Below are positions 22,497-32,547 of a stretch of 64,000 bases of DNA, in pieces; position 1 is the stretch's first letter, and each line of letters starts with the position of its first letter. The notes under the pieces were generated by a model. The model did no database searches. It had not been told where the DNA came from and worked only from the letters and a program-made list of their open reading frames with translations. Both the position numbers and the translations under genes were made by a program. The stretch is from an uncultured Acidobacteriota bacterium. Lineage in GTDB: Bacteria; Acidobacteriota; UBA6911. The stretch is from the NCBI GenBank assembly GCA_963827655.1, contig CAWHCF010000038.1, positions 32,001 to 96,000 of the forward strand, given 5' to 3'.

Positions 22497-23598
22497 TTAG
22501 TTGGTCGAAAACCTGTAGACGGTTGTGGTCGAGTAGCGGCTGCCTGGCTTCAATACGACGGAAGGAAAGTTCGGCTTGTTGGGTGAGTCCGGGAAGTGCT
22601 GAGTCTCGAGACAGAATCCGTAGCGCCGTCCGTAGACCTTGCCTCCTTTGCCCTTGATCGTACCATCCAGGAAATTTCCGATGTAAAACTGGACGCCCGG
22701 CTCGGTGGTAAGGACCTCCATCACGCGACCCGATTTTGACTCGGTAACTCGCGCCGCAAGGCGGAGAGAACCGGCAGAGCCGTTGAGGACAAAGTTGTGG
22801 TCGTAGCCGTTGCCCAGCGTCAGTTGTTCGTCTTTGGCGTCGACCCTTTCGCCAATCGGGTGGGGCTTTCGGAAATCAAAAGGCGTTCCCTCGACACTTC
22901 GCAACTCGCCGGTAGGAATCAGTCCCTTGTCCACGGGCGTGAAGCGGTCGGCGTCGATCATCACGCTGTGCCCCAGAATATTGCCTTCACCCTGGCCGGC
23001 CAGATTGAAATAGGAATGGTTGGTGAGGTTGACGACCGTATTCTTGTCCGTCGTCGCGCTGTAGTCTATTCTCAATTCGTTATTGTCGGTCAAGGTATAA
23101 GAGACCGTGGCCGCCAGGTTTCCCGGGTAACCTTCCTCGCCGTCCTTGCTCAGATAACTGAGCTCGAGTCGCTGTCCATCCCGCTTTGCTTTCCACACGA
23201 CTTTGTCGAATCCCTTGATGCCTCCGTGCAGATGGTTCTCACCGTTGTTGCGGGCCAGGGTGTATTCGGCGCCGCCCAGCCGGAACGCGCCCTTGGCGAT
23301 GCGATTGCCGTAACGTCCGATTATCGCTCCGAAGTATGGATGGCCCTTCAGATACCCGTCGAGCGAATCGAAACCCAGCACCACGTCGGCGGCGCTTCCC
23401 GTTGCGATCCGGAACTTTCAGCGATACCACGATGCCGCCAAAATTCGTGATTGCTGCCTCGACCCCCTTGGAGTTTGTCAGCGTGTACAGTTCGACTCTT
23501 TCACCGGTGGGCGCCTTGCCAAATTCCTTTTGGGGCGCGTAAGACATCGCCGCAATTACTGCTGACAAACAAACAATCGCCAATCTGCCGATCGACAT
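22497..23598 (-). CDS. galM: Aldose 1-epimerase (galactose mutarotase), frameshift near 23390
   Basis: [37 protein letters not shown]. Confidence 0.92.
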
Positions 23599-23655
23599 AG
23601 GTGATGCTCCTTATTGAGGTAGTGCCTGGGCGTCTCTGGCGGTCATGCGCGGTTG

Positions 23656-24585
23656 TCATCTCAACGCCCACTTCGGATACGCTACCTGCCCCGGGACGGC
23701 GACGCGCGTGGTATACAGCGTCTTGCCTGCGGTGATGTAGATCGTGCGTCCGTCGTGCCCGCCGAAGGCCAGGTTTGTGATCAGATCTTCGTGGACCGGA
23801 ATCCGCCCCAGGAATTTTCCTTCGGGCGACATTATGTAGACGGCTGGAGGCACATCCCTGGTTTCCCAGGCATGGCGCGGCTCCATGACGCCGGCGGCCA
23901 GATAGAGATTGCCTTCGATATCCAGACGCATTCCGTCAGCGCCGCGGCCAGGGGCGAAGTCATGGACGAGTCGCTGGTTGAAGGGGTTGCCACCGTCGTC
24001 CAGTTCGAAGGCCCAGATCTTGCGGCCGCCCCCCTTCAGGGGGGAACTATCCACGAGGTACAGCCGGCGTGAATCCTGGGTGACGGCAATGCCATTCGGT
24101 CGATCGATTGCAGGTTGGGCCAGGATGCGGCGCACGCTTCCATCGGTGTCGATGCGATAGACTCCTTCGATCTCCATTTCCATCGTGGAACGGTCGCCAT
24201 AACAAGGGTCGGTGAAGTAGGCTCGGCCGCGCCCATCGATGCAGATGTCGTTGGGCGAGTTGTAGCGGACGCCGTCGTAACGCTCGGTCAGGATTTCATA
24301 GACGCCGGTCGCCAGGTTTGTCCGGGTCACGCGCCGGCCGCCGCCAGGACCGAATTCGCTCCCTTCGCAGTGATAGAGCCGGCCCTGCTGATCGAATGTC
24401 TGACCGTTGGTTCGGAACGAAGGCTCGCGAAATACAGACCGCGTGCCATCGGGCGCGAGCTTCATGATGCGATTGTTGATGATGTCGGAGAAATAGACAT
24501 TCCCTGAGGCATCGACTGCAGGCCCTTCAGTGAATGCCACGAGCGTGGCCGGCTTGACGCCGGCGGTTTCGACTTCCGCGGGCAA
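23656..24585 (-). CDS. SMP-30/gluconolactonase family protein
   Basis: FTEGP, NSPND, PNGIA, DGMRLD motifs. Confidence 0.9.
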   Translation of the reverse strand: MPAEVETAGVKPATLVAFTEGPAVDASGNVYFSDIINNRIMKLAPDGTRSVFREPSFRTNGQTFDQQGRLYHCEGSEFGPGGGRRVTRTNLATGVYEILTERYDGVRYNSPNDICIDGRGRAYFTDPCYGDRSTMEMEIEGVYRIDTDGSVRRILAQPAIDRPNGIAVTQDSRRLYLVDSSPLKGGGRKIWAFELDDGGNPFNQRLVHDFAPGRGADGMRLDIEGNLYLAAGVMEPRHAWETRDVPPAVYIMSPEGKFLGRIPVHEDLITNLAFGGHDGRTIYITAGKTLYTTRVAVPGQVAYPKWALR

Positions 24586-24642
24586 TGGCAGCGTTTTGTA
24601 GGATTTTTTTTCCCAATCGATCTCCTTCCCTTCCTTGCAAAG

Positions 24643-24700
24643 ATTCTTGGTGTTTCTTCGCGTCTTCGTGTCCTGGTGGTATTTTGTTTCGGAGCGCTAA
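24643..24700 (-). repeat. Octamer-unit repeat with spacer
   Basis: attcttggtgtttcttcgcgtcttcgtgtcctggtggt-attttgtttcggagcgctaa. Confidence 0.85.
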
Positions 24701-24701
24701 G

Positions 24702-25961
24702 TTACGGCTTGGTCGCGGAAACGACGGGTTGGCCCCCGACGGCCTCAACCTTCTTCGGCAGGGCCATCGACTTCAGGATCAGGGCCATGACAGCCGAAAT
24801 TAAGGCCAGGCCCGCGCTTCCATAGAAAGCCGCAGTCCAGCTTCCGAACCTTTCGAACAGGAGGGCGGCCACGCCGCCGGCAATGATGGATGCGACGCCT
24901 TTGGCGCTGTATAGAAAGGCGTAGTTGGAAGTGGCGTGGCGCGTTCCGAAGTAGTCCCCCGACGTGGCGGGGAACAAGGAAAAGATCTCGCCCCAGGTGA
25001 AAAACGTCAGCACCAGCGTGATCGCGAACCAGGTTCCGGAAAGACGGCCCAGCGTCAGGATTGCCAGCAGGCAGGCTGCCTGAAGCGCAAAAGCGACCAC
25101 CATGGTTGTCTCGCGTCCAATCCGGTCAGAAATCCAGCCCCAGAAGATGCGGCTCGCGCCGTTGGCGATTGGATTCAGAGCCGTCGCGACCGTCAGGGCT
25201 GTGATCGTAATGTTCCACGAAAGCGCGATAGGACCGGCATGCGCGGTGACAAGCAGGCCGCCTGTCGCCATCAGCACGAACATCGCATAGAGCATGTAAA
25301 AGTGCGGTGTCCGCAGCATCTCCGCGCTGGTAAATTCCTGGACGTCCCGCACACCTTGCCGCGACGCATCTTTCTTCGAGGGCCGGAAGTCCGGTCCCGG
25401 AAGCCTCAGGAACTGGGCGGCAATGACGATCAACAGGCCCTGAAAGATGCCGGTCCAGAGAAATGCCGTGCGATAGTCGTACTGCCGGATCAAGTAGGCG
25501 ATGACGGGCACGAATAACGCCGTGCCGGAACCGAATCCGGCGGCAATTATGCCCGATGCCAGTCCGCGCCGCTCGGGAAACCACTTCAACGCCAATCCAA
25601 TACAGCTGTTATAAACAAAAGCCGCGCCAACGCCGGCGAGGCTGTAGAAAACATAGAGTTCCATCGGGGACCGCACATACCCGAGCCAGGACCAGCCCAC
25701 ACCGCACAGGATTCCGGCGATGGTGATGAAATAGCGCGGCCCCATCCGGTCGATCAACCATCCCTGCAGCGGTTGGACCCAGGTCTGAAAGATAACAAAA
25801 AGAGTGAATGCCCACTGGATTTCGGACAGTTTCCATGAAGTGGCTTCCTGAATCGGGCGGACGAACAGGGTCCAGGCGTATTGCAGGTTGGCGATCATCA
25901 CCATCGCGATAAGCGAAGCCACGAGCTGAAACCATGGTCTGTTCACAGCCGGCTGGGCCAT
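24702..25961 (-). CDS. oxlT: Oxalate/formate antiporter family MFS transporter
   Basis: ANLQYAWTLFV, KWFPERRGLA, WGEIFSLFP, LYSAKG with the intramembrane Lys. Confidence 0.82.
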   Translation of the reverse strand: MAQPAVNRPWFQLVASLIAMVMIANLQYAWTLFVRPIQEATSWKLSEIQWAFTLFVIFQTWVQPLQGWLIDRMGPRYFITIAGILCGVGWSWLGYVRSPMELYVFYSLAGVGAAFVYNSCIGLALKWFPERRGLASGIIAAGFGSGTALFVPVIAYLIRQYDYRTAFLWTGIFQGLLIVIAAQFLRLPGPDFRPSKKDASRQGVRDVQEFTSAEMLRTPHFYMLYAMFVLMATGGLLVTAHAGPIALSWNITITALTVATALNPIANGASRIFWGWISDRIGRETTMVVAFALQAACLLAILTLGRLSGTWFAITLVLTFFTWGEIFSLFPATSGDYFGTRHATSNYAFLYSAKGVASIIAGGVAALLFERFGSWTAAFYGSAGLALISAVMALILKSMALPKKVEAVGGQPVVSATKP

Positions 25962-26035
25962 TCTGCCTCGAAGTTCGTCACGACTGGCGAACAAGGTCCC
26001 CGGGAAGAGGACCAGTCGCGGATTTTCTTGGGTGT

Positions 26036-27529
26036 CTATTGCTTCCTTGTTTTTTCCGCTACCACGCGGCGTTGTATTTTGCCGGTCGAGGTTCGCGGTA
26101 TGGCCTCGACGATGGAGATCGTCTTGGGACATTTGAAGTCGGCGAGGGAGGACTTGCAAAAGGCGATCAATTCCTTCTCGGTAGCCGGCGCGCGCAGGAC
26201 CACGGCGGCCGCGACCTCTTCGCCGTAGACGCGATCCGGAATCCCGAAGCCGACTGCTTCCGCCACGGCAGGGTGCGACAGCAGGACTTCATCGATCTCG
26301 CGGGGCGAGATCTTCTCTCCTCCCCGGTTGATCAGCTCCTTGATCCGTCCTACGAGGGTAATGTAGCCGTCGTGGTCGAAAAGGCCTTCGTCTCCGGTGC
26401 GAAACCATCCGCGAGTGAAAGAGGTCTGGTTAGCCTCAGGATTGTTTTCGTAACCGCGAATCACGTTAGGCCCCTGGATCGATACCTCGCCCTTCACGCC
26501 GGCGGGCAGCTCATTTCCATGCTCGTCCAGTACCGTGACGCGCACTCCGGTCCCGACCCCCACTGACCCCGGCTTTCGGATGCCGGGCGGGAGCGGATTC
26601 GAAGACATCTGGTGCGCGGCCTCCGTCATCCCGTAAGCCTCGAGCACCGGGGCGCCGAACTTCGATTCCAGCTCTTCCATGGTCTTCGGCGCCAGGGCTG
26701 CGCTGCACGAGCGAATGAAGCGCAGGTTCTCGGCCCCTTTTGGTTTCTCGGTTCCCCGGGCGCGAGCAAGCAGCATCTGGTGGAGCGTGGGAACGGCGGA
26801 GTACCAGGTTACCTTGTGAGTGTCGACCGTGGTCCAGAACGAAAGCGGATTGATTTGAGGCACCACGACGATCGTCCCGCCCGTATAGAGGGTAGCAAGG
26901 GTCGAGGCGACCAGGCCGTGCACATGAAACAGCGGCATGACGCAGAAAGAGACATCTTCCGCGGTCAGCTGGTAGGTCTCGGCGACGTTACGAGTCGAGG
27001 TCATCAGGTTCGTGTGCGAAAGGGGCACACGCTTGGGACGGCTGGTCGTGCCGCTGGTATGAAGAACCAGGGCGATATCGTCTTTTTCGGGAAGGGCCGT
27101 CGCCGTCTCGGCGGCCGCGGAACCCTGCCAGGAGACCTGGATCCGCCCGCGGTCATCGAGTCCGATCTCGATCAGGCGGATGCGATCGCCTGCCGCCAGC
27201 CGCGCCTGTTCCGCTCCGCCCTTGGGCACGATCAACGCGGCGGCATTGGTGTCTTCCAGATAGAACCTGAACTCTTCGACTTTGTACGCCGGATTAAGCG
27301 GTGCGGCCGTCCCGGCGATCGACGCGGCAAGAAACGAGACGATCACCTCGACGCCGTTGGGCAACGCCATGGCGATGCGGTCGGTGCGCTGGATTCCGAG
27401 TTTGCGGAAAACAGAGACCAGCGAGTCGACTTCGCTTCTGAGCTGTTCGTAGGACAGCGCCCGGCCCTCGCCGGCAACAATGATGGCGGTGTGGGAAGGG
27501 GCCCCACGCTCGAGCAGTTCCCGAATCAT
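26036..27529 (-). CDS. Acyl-CoA synthetase, oxalate--CoA ligase-like
   Basis: LHTSGTTSRPK, FIRSCSA, EAYGMTEAAHQM, TGKIQRR; adjacent to oxlT. Confidence 0.85.
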   Translation of the reverse strand: MIRELLERGAPSHTAIIVAGEGRALSYEQLRSEVDSLVSVFRKLGIQRTDRIAMALPNGVEVIVSFLAASIAGTAAPLNPAYKVEEFRFYLEDTNAAALIVPKGGAEQARLAAGDRIRLIEIGLDDRGRIQVSWQGSAAAETATALPEKDDIALVLHTSGTTSRPKRVPLSHTNLMTSTRNVAETYQLTAEDVSFCVMPLFHVHGLVASTLATLYTGGTIVVVPQINPLSFWTTVDTHKVTWYSAVPTLHQMLLARARGTEKPKGAENLRFIRSCSAALAPKTMEELESKFGAPVLEAYGMTEAAHQMSSNPLPPGIRKPGSVGVGTGVRVTVLDEHGNELPAGVKGEVSIQGPNVIRGYENNPEANQTSFTRGWFRTGDEGLFDHDGYITLVGRIKELINRGGEKISPREIDEVLLSHPAVAEAVGFGIPDRVYGEEVAAAVVLRAPATEKELIAFCKSSLADFKCPKTISIVEAIPRTSTGKIQRRVVAEKTRKQ

Positions 27530-27860
27530 GACATCCTCCGGCGGTGAAGGATTGTACTATGTCGATTCTCGTCGATGAAATCAAGACAACAACACCGGTG
27601 GATGCTGACGTTCTTCGAAAGGGATTGTAACGGCGCAATCCGCTGCTGGCGCGATTATTCGTGGGCCGAATTGATGCGGCGATTCTTGTGCCGGCTGTGC
27701 CGGTTCTTTTGGGAGTTTCTCACAGGCAGCTCAAGAGAACGCCAACTCGCGGGTCTATGCCGGAATCCATATGGTCTAAGGCTAGGTGAAAAGATTCAAG
27801 CCCGGTCCATAGACGGCTATGCTTGTCCGGCAGGGCGATCTCTGACAATATGGCTCAACC

Positions 27861-28862
27861 ATGAAACTGGTCATTCATCCACCTGTTGAGCCGGAACGGC
27901 TCGGCAAGATTCAGGCAGCGGCCGGAGCCATGTCGGTCGTCAACGCAGTTGACGAAGCGGAGGCCAGGATCGCCATCGCTGATGCAGACGCGTTCTTCGG
28001 CAAACTGACCCCGCCGCTCCTGGCGGCGGCCGGGCGGCTCCGCTGGGTCCAATCGCCCACGGCGAGCCTCGAGCACTACCTCTTTCCGGCGCTGATCGAT
28101 CACCCGTGCGTGTTGACGAACATGCGCGGCTTATTCTCGGATGTGATTGCCGATCAGGTGTACGGCTACATTCTTTGCTTCGCCAGGAACCTGCACCTTT
28201 ACGTTCGCAACCAGTCGGCTGCCCGCTGGGAACCTGTCGGCGGCGAGTCCGAGCGGCAGAGTTTCGCGTCGGGTCCAGGCCAGGTGGGCGGCATCGACCG
28301 CGCCCATCGCCAATTAACCGGCGCGACGCTTGGGATCATCGGTCTGGGGAGCATCGGGGGTGAAGTTGCGCGGCGAGCGCCGGTCTTCGGCATGCGAGTC
28401 ATTGCGGTAGATCCGGTTCGAGTCGACAAACCGGCAGGCGTCGCCGAACTCTGGCATGCCGAACGGCTCCCTGATCTCCTCAAGGAAAGCGACTACGTAG
28501 TCATAGCCGCCCCCCACACACCGGCTACCGAAAGACTGTTGCGGCGGCCGCAATTTCAGCAGATGAAGACTACCGGCTATCTGATCAACATCGGGCGCGG
28601 AGCCATCGTGGATCTCGCTGATCTCACCGCGGCGCTCCGCGCCGGTGAGCTGGCCGGCGCCGGGCTTGACGTGTTCGAGCAGGAACCGTTGCCGGCCGAT
28701 CATCCTCTGTGGAAGATGGAAAACGTAATCATCACGCCCCACGTAGCCGGGTTCTCGCCGCTCATCGCCGAACGTCATCTGGCCGTCTTGCTCGAGAACA
28801 TCGGCCGCTTTGTTCGCCGCGAACCGCTGGCAAACGTGGTGAACAAGTCAATGTGGTTCTGA
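27861..28862 (+). CDS. D-2-hydroxyacid dehydrogenase
   Basis: GLGSIG, NIGRG, LDVFEQEP, TPHVAG. Confidence 0.92.
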   Translation: MKLVIHPPVEPERLGKIQAAAGAMSVVNAVDEAEARIAIADADAFFGKLTPPLLAAAGRLRWVQSPTASLEHYLFPALIDHPCVLTNMRGLFSDVIADQVYGYILCFARNLHLYVRNQSAARWEPVGGESERQSFASGPGQVGGIDRAHRQLTGATLGIIGLGSIGGEVARRAPVFGMRVIAVDPVRVDKPAGVAELWHAERLPDLLKESDYVVIAAPHTPATERLLRRPQFQQMKTTGYLINIGRGAIVDLADLTAALRAGELAGAGLDVFEQEPLPADHPLWKMENVIITPHVAGFSPLIAERHLAVLLENIGRFVRREPLANVVNKSMWF

Positions 28863-28867
28863 TCTTC

Positions 28868-28908
28868 GCACTAACCACAAAGACTCCAAGACACCAAGAA
28901 ACGCGAAG
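28868..28908 (+). repeat. Octamer-unit repeat
   Basis: gcactaaccacaaagactccaagacaccaagaaacgcgaag. Confidence 0.85.
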
Positions 28909-28951
28909 CATCTTTCACTTCCGGGATATATAATTCTCTCACTTACAGCCT

Positions 28952-29788
28952 ATGAGCCGCTTGAAACATCCTGGCGAAGCTTCTCGGGGCCTGTTCTCAC
29001 CCGAAGACTGTTTTTGGAGAGTGAATCGCGAACTGTTGGTGAACCTTGCCGGATCGCGAGCCTTGATGATGGAGTTGGCTCACCCGCTGGTTGCCGCGGG
29101 AGTGGCCGACCACAGTAATTTCCGGAGCCGGCCTCTCGGAAGGCTCTATCGCACGGCCCGTGCCATGACGGACATCACTTTCGGCACGACAAATGCCGTG
29201 CACCTCGCGGCCCGCCATATCAATCATTGCCACAAGCGCGTTCACGGGATCCTGGCCAAGGATGCAGCGCCGTTTCGCGGGGGAACTCAGTATCGCGCGA
29301 ACGAACCGGCCCTGAAGCTGTGGGTTCTCGCGACACTGATCGATTCGATTCCGCTGGTCTACGACCTTTTCGTGAGGCCTCTCTCCCTGGTCGAAAGAGA
29401 AGGCTACTACCAGGATAGCCGTCTGCTCGCTCCGCTGCTTGGCATTCCGGGTGATATGATGCCGGCGACTTACGCCGGCTTTACTTCCTACATGGAGGAA
29501 ATGCTCAACAGCGAGCTGCTCACGGTCGGTGATACGGCTCGGGAGTTAGTGAGGGCGCTCTTCGCGGGCCCCGTGATCGGGACCGTGACTCTTGCCGCGA
29601 GTGTCGTCGGGATAGGCTTGCTTCCCGAGCGGTTGCGCCGGGCGTACAACTTTCCCTGGGATGACCGGCGAGATCGAGTTCTACGCGGCGTCGCAGGATG
29701 GTCTCGACGAATCCGGCCGCTCGTGCCGAGCGTGATCTGCATAAGTCCGAGGGCCTGGATCGCCGAACATCTTTCGATTGACGATTGA
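28952..29788 (+). CDS. Oxygenase MpaB / DUF2236 family protein
   Basis: RALMMELAHPLVAAGVADHS, HKRVHG, WVLATL. Confidence 0.85.
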   Translation: MSRLKHPGEASRGLFSPEDCFWRVNRELLVNLAGSRALMMELAHPLVAAGVADHSNFRSRPLGRLYRTARAMTDITFGTTNAVHLAARHINHCHKRVHGILAKDAAPFRGGTQYRANEPALKLWVLATLIDSIPLVYDLFVRPLSLVEREGYYQDSRLLAPLLGIPGDMMPATYAGFTSYMEEMLNSELLTVGDTARELVRALFAGPVIGTVTLAASVVGIGLLPERLRRAYNFPWDDRRDRVLRGVAGWSRRIRPLVPSVICISPRAWIAEHLSIDD

Positions 29789-29856
29789 CGATTGACGATT
29801 GACGATTGCCGCGGAGTGGTTTTTAAATCGTCAATCGTCAATCGTCAATCGTAAAT
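29775..29856. repeat. Inverted heptamer arrays (CGATTGA)x~5 / (TCAATCG)x~4
   Basis: Read directly; supplies the stop codon of the upstream gene. Confidence 0.92.
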
Positions 29857-29873
29857 TGATAAGACGGAGACGG

Positions 29874-31034
29874 ATGGAGCACATCTACCTTGATTACAAT
29901 GCCAGCACTCCGCTGGCCCCCGAAGTCATCGAGGCCATGCGGCCGTTCTTGACCGAGGATTTCGGCAATCCTTCCAGCAGTCACTGGGCCGGGAAGCGGG
30001 CGCGCGAGGCGGTCGAGACGGCGCGCGCAGAAGTCGCCGCGCTGGTGGGTGCGAAACCAGCCGAGATCATCTTTACCAGCGGCGGAAGCGAAGCCAACAA
30101 CCATGCCCTTAAGGGAATCTTCTTCGCGAGCCGTCGCCGGACGCCGCACATCATCACCACTTGCATCGAACACCCCGCCGTGCTCGAGCCCTGCAGGTTT
30201 CTCGAGAGACTGGGCGCCCGCGTGAATCGTATTCCGGTCGATCGCGCGGGACTGGTGGATCCTGACGACGTTCGCCGGGCCATAACGCCAGACACAATCC
30301 TCGTCAGCGTGATGCACGCAAACAATGAGGTCGGAACGATCGAACCTATCGCCTCTATTTCCCAGCTGACCAGAGAGCGCGATATTCCGTTTCACACCGA
30401 TGCAGCCCAGTCCGCAGGCAAGACGCCGTTGGACGTAAACCAGCTCGGTGTGGACCTGCTTTCAGTGGCCGGACACAAGCTTTACGCGCCCAAAGGCGTC
30501 GGGGCTCTGTACGTGCGCGAGGGAGTCGCCCTGGAATCTCTGGTTCACGGCGCCGGACACGAGTCAGGCCGCCGCGCCGGGACGGAAAATGTCCTCCTCA
30601 ATATCGCGCTGGGCGCCGCGTGCCGGCTGGCCAGGCTCGATCCGTGCGCCGCGCGGCTGCTGGAACTCCGGGACCGGTTCTGGCAGCGCCTTCAGGACGC
30701 GTTCGGCGCCGATGTTGTGTTGAACGGCCATCCGACCGAACGATTGCCCAACACGCTCAATGTGAGTTTCCCGGGTTACTCGGCTCAGCAAATCCTGGAA
30801 CATCTGCCCTGGGTAGCGGCCTCAACCGGTTCCGCCTGTCACGCGGCTTCGCCCACGATGTCGCCGGTTCTGAACGCGATGGGACTGGAGCCGCGAGTCG
30901 GGCTCGGCGCCATTCGTTTCAGCGTTGGCCGAATGACCGATTCCAGCCAGATCGATTCCGTCGCGGAGTCGCTGAAGCAGATCATCAATACCCTCCCCTG
31001 TCGACAAGTCCGCCTTTCAAAGCGAGTGCGCTAG
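29874..31034 (+). CDS. Cysteine desulfurase (IscS/NifS group I, aminotransferase class V)
   Basis: YLDYNAST, FTSGGSEAN, HTDAAQ, GHKLYAPKG, STGSACH. Confidence 0.92.
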   Translation: MEHIYLDYNASTPLAPEVIEAMRPFLTEDFGNPSSSHWAGKRAREAVETARAEVAALVGAKPAEIIFTSGGSEANNHALKGIFFASRRRTPHIITTCIEHPAVLEPCRFLERLGARVNRIPVDRAGLVDPDDVRRAITPDTILVSVMHANNEVGTIEPIASISQLTRERDIPFHTDAAQSAGKTPLDVNQLGVDLLSVAGHKLYAPKGVGALYVREGVALESLVHGAGHESGRRAGTENVLLNIALGAACRLARLDPCAARLLELRDRFWQRLQDAFGADVVLNGHPTERLPNTLNVSFPGYSAQQILEHLPWVAASTGSACHAASPTMSPVLNAMGLEPRVGLGAIRFSVGRMTDSSQIDSVAESLKQIINTLPCRQVRLSKRVR

Positions 31035-31070
31035 AATCCAGGAAGACAAGAAACGGCGAGGAGATGGGAC

Positions 31071-31496
31071 ATGAGTGTTTCCTTGATCAACAAAGATATA
31101 GCGGGCTGGCGCGTGCAGACCAACGAAACGCTCCGCTTCCATACTTTGGAACCCTCGGGCCCCGAGGGTTTCCGGCACTTCCAGGTTCCTGAAGGCACGC
31201 TGGGGACCCCTACCGGAGAGGTTAACATCTACTACGCCGGTTCCAACGAGGAAGCGTGCAAGGCCCTGGCGCTTGACACCGCCCGCCTGAAGAAGCTGCT
31301 CGAGCACCCTGAGCTCTTTGCTCCAGTGCGGAATGCCTCGAACTACTGGGAAGCCGTGAAGAAACTGACGGGAGACGAGGCCCTGGCGGCATGCATATCG
31401 TTCAATGTCGTCTGGGATAATATTCCAAAGAATCAAGGCGGAAACGGGAAGTTCCTTTCCTACCTTCCCTGGCTGAAACTGGCCGGTGGAAAATGA
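31071..31496 (+). CDS. Hypothetical protein (141 aa)
   Basis: RBS GAGGAG, plausible composition, no motif recognised. Confidence 0.7.
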   Translation: MSVSLINKDIAGWRVQTNETLRFHTLEPSGPEGFRHFQVPEGTLGTPTGEVNIYYAGSNEEACKALALDTARLKKLLEHPELFAPVRNASNYWEAVKKLTGDEALAACISFNVVWDNIPKNQGGNGKFLSYLPWLKLAGGK

Positions 31497-31506
31497 CTCT
31501 GAAGAG

Positions 31507-31595
31507 GATTACGATTGACGATTTACGATTGACGATTGAAACTCCAAGTCTACGATTAACCGCCAATTTAAAATCGTCAATCGTCAATCGTCAAT
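31507..31595. repeat. Inverted heptamer arrays (ACGATTG)x~4 / (TCAATCG)x~3
   Basis: Same unit and polarity as 29775..29856. Confidence 0.9.
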
Positions 31596-31619
31596 GTCTG
31601 CCAGAGGAGAATAAAACTC

Positions 31620-32477
31620 ATGAAATGGATAGTGCTGGTGTGCTTCACTCTTACGGGATACGCCCAAACGATGCCGGAGCCAAGCAAGAGCCGAATCGTG
31701 GACCTGACTGTAACAACCAGCGAAACGCTGCCGGCAAACTGGGCGGATATGCCCAGGTTCCAGCGCTGGACATACAACTGGTTTACGCCGCTCAAGAACG
31801 CGTATGGCGAGGTCATTTCGCCCAGCGAAGGCCCTTACTACGGCCAGCGTTATGTCATCGACGAGCATACCGGCACGCAAGTCGATTTTCCTGCGCACTT
31901 CATACCGCCGTCCGACAGCAAGCTGCCATTCGCCGGCGAACAAGGCAGAGTGACGGGAGACAAGTACCCACTCGAGCGATTAATGGGTTTCGCCGTCGTT
32001 ATCGACGTGACCTCGCTGCTCGATAAAGCGCCGGCAGGCAAGAGTCCCCGCATTACGGTTGCCCACATCCAGGCATGGGAGAAAACGCATGGCTCCATCA
32101 AGGCCGGCGATGTCGTCCTGTTTCGCAGCGGTTATACCGACAAATATTACAAGCCCTATCCCGAAGGGCGCCGGCTGACCTTCGATCCCGTGGTCGCAAA
32201 GTCGGCGCCAGCCTGGCCGGCGCCGGAGCCCGCCGTGATGGACTACCTTCATGGCAAGGGAGTGTTCCACCTGGGAACGGATGGTCCAAGTATGGGGCCC
32301 GCCGAGGCCGGGCAGGAGACCCATGTCGCCGGGCTGAAACATGGGATGAGCTGGGAGGAGATGCTCATCAACCTGGGCCAACTTCCGGCGCGCGGCGCTT
32401 TTTACATCGCATTGCCGATCAAGGTGGCCGGCCAGAGCGGCAGCCCGACGCGAGCTATCGCACTGGTCTCCCGCTGA
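31620..32477 (+). CDS. Cyclase family protein (kynurenine formamidase-like), secreted
   Basis: EHTGTQVDFPAHF, GDVVLFRSG, ALPIK...SGSPTRA; signal peptide. Confidence 0.85.
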   Translation: MKWIVLVCFTLTGYAQTMPEPSKSRIVDLTVTTSETLPANWADMPRFQRWTYNWFTPLKNAYGEVISPSEGPYYGQRYVIDEHTGTQVDFPAHFIPPSDSKLPFAGEQGRVTGDKYPLERLMGFAVVIDVTSLLDKAPAGKSPRITVAHIQAWEKTHGSIKAGDVVLFRSGYTDKYYKPYPEGRRLTFDPVVAKSAPAWPAPEPAVMDYLHGKGVFHLGTDGPSMGPAEAGQETHVAGLKHGMSWEEMLINLGQLPARGAFYIALPIKVAGQSGSPTRAIALVSR

Positions 32478-32481
32478 GTTC

Positions 32482-32517
32482 AACCGCCAAGACACCAGGA
32501 CACGAAGAAACGCTAAG
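32482..32517 (+). repeat. Octamer-unit repeat
   Basis: aaccgccaagacaccaggacacgaagaaacgctaag. Confidence 0.85.
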
Positions 32518-32547
32518 ATCCACTGCCTCACGCGAACGGAGAAAAAG

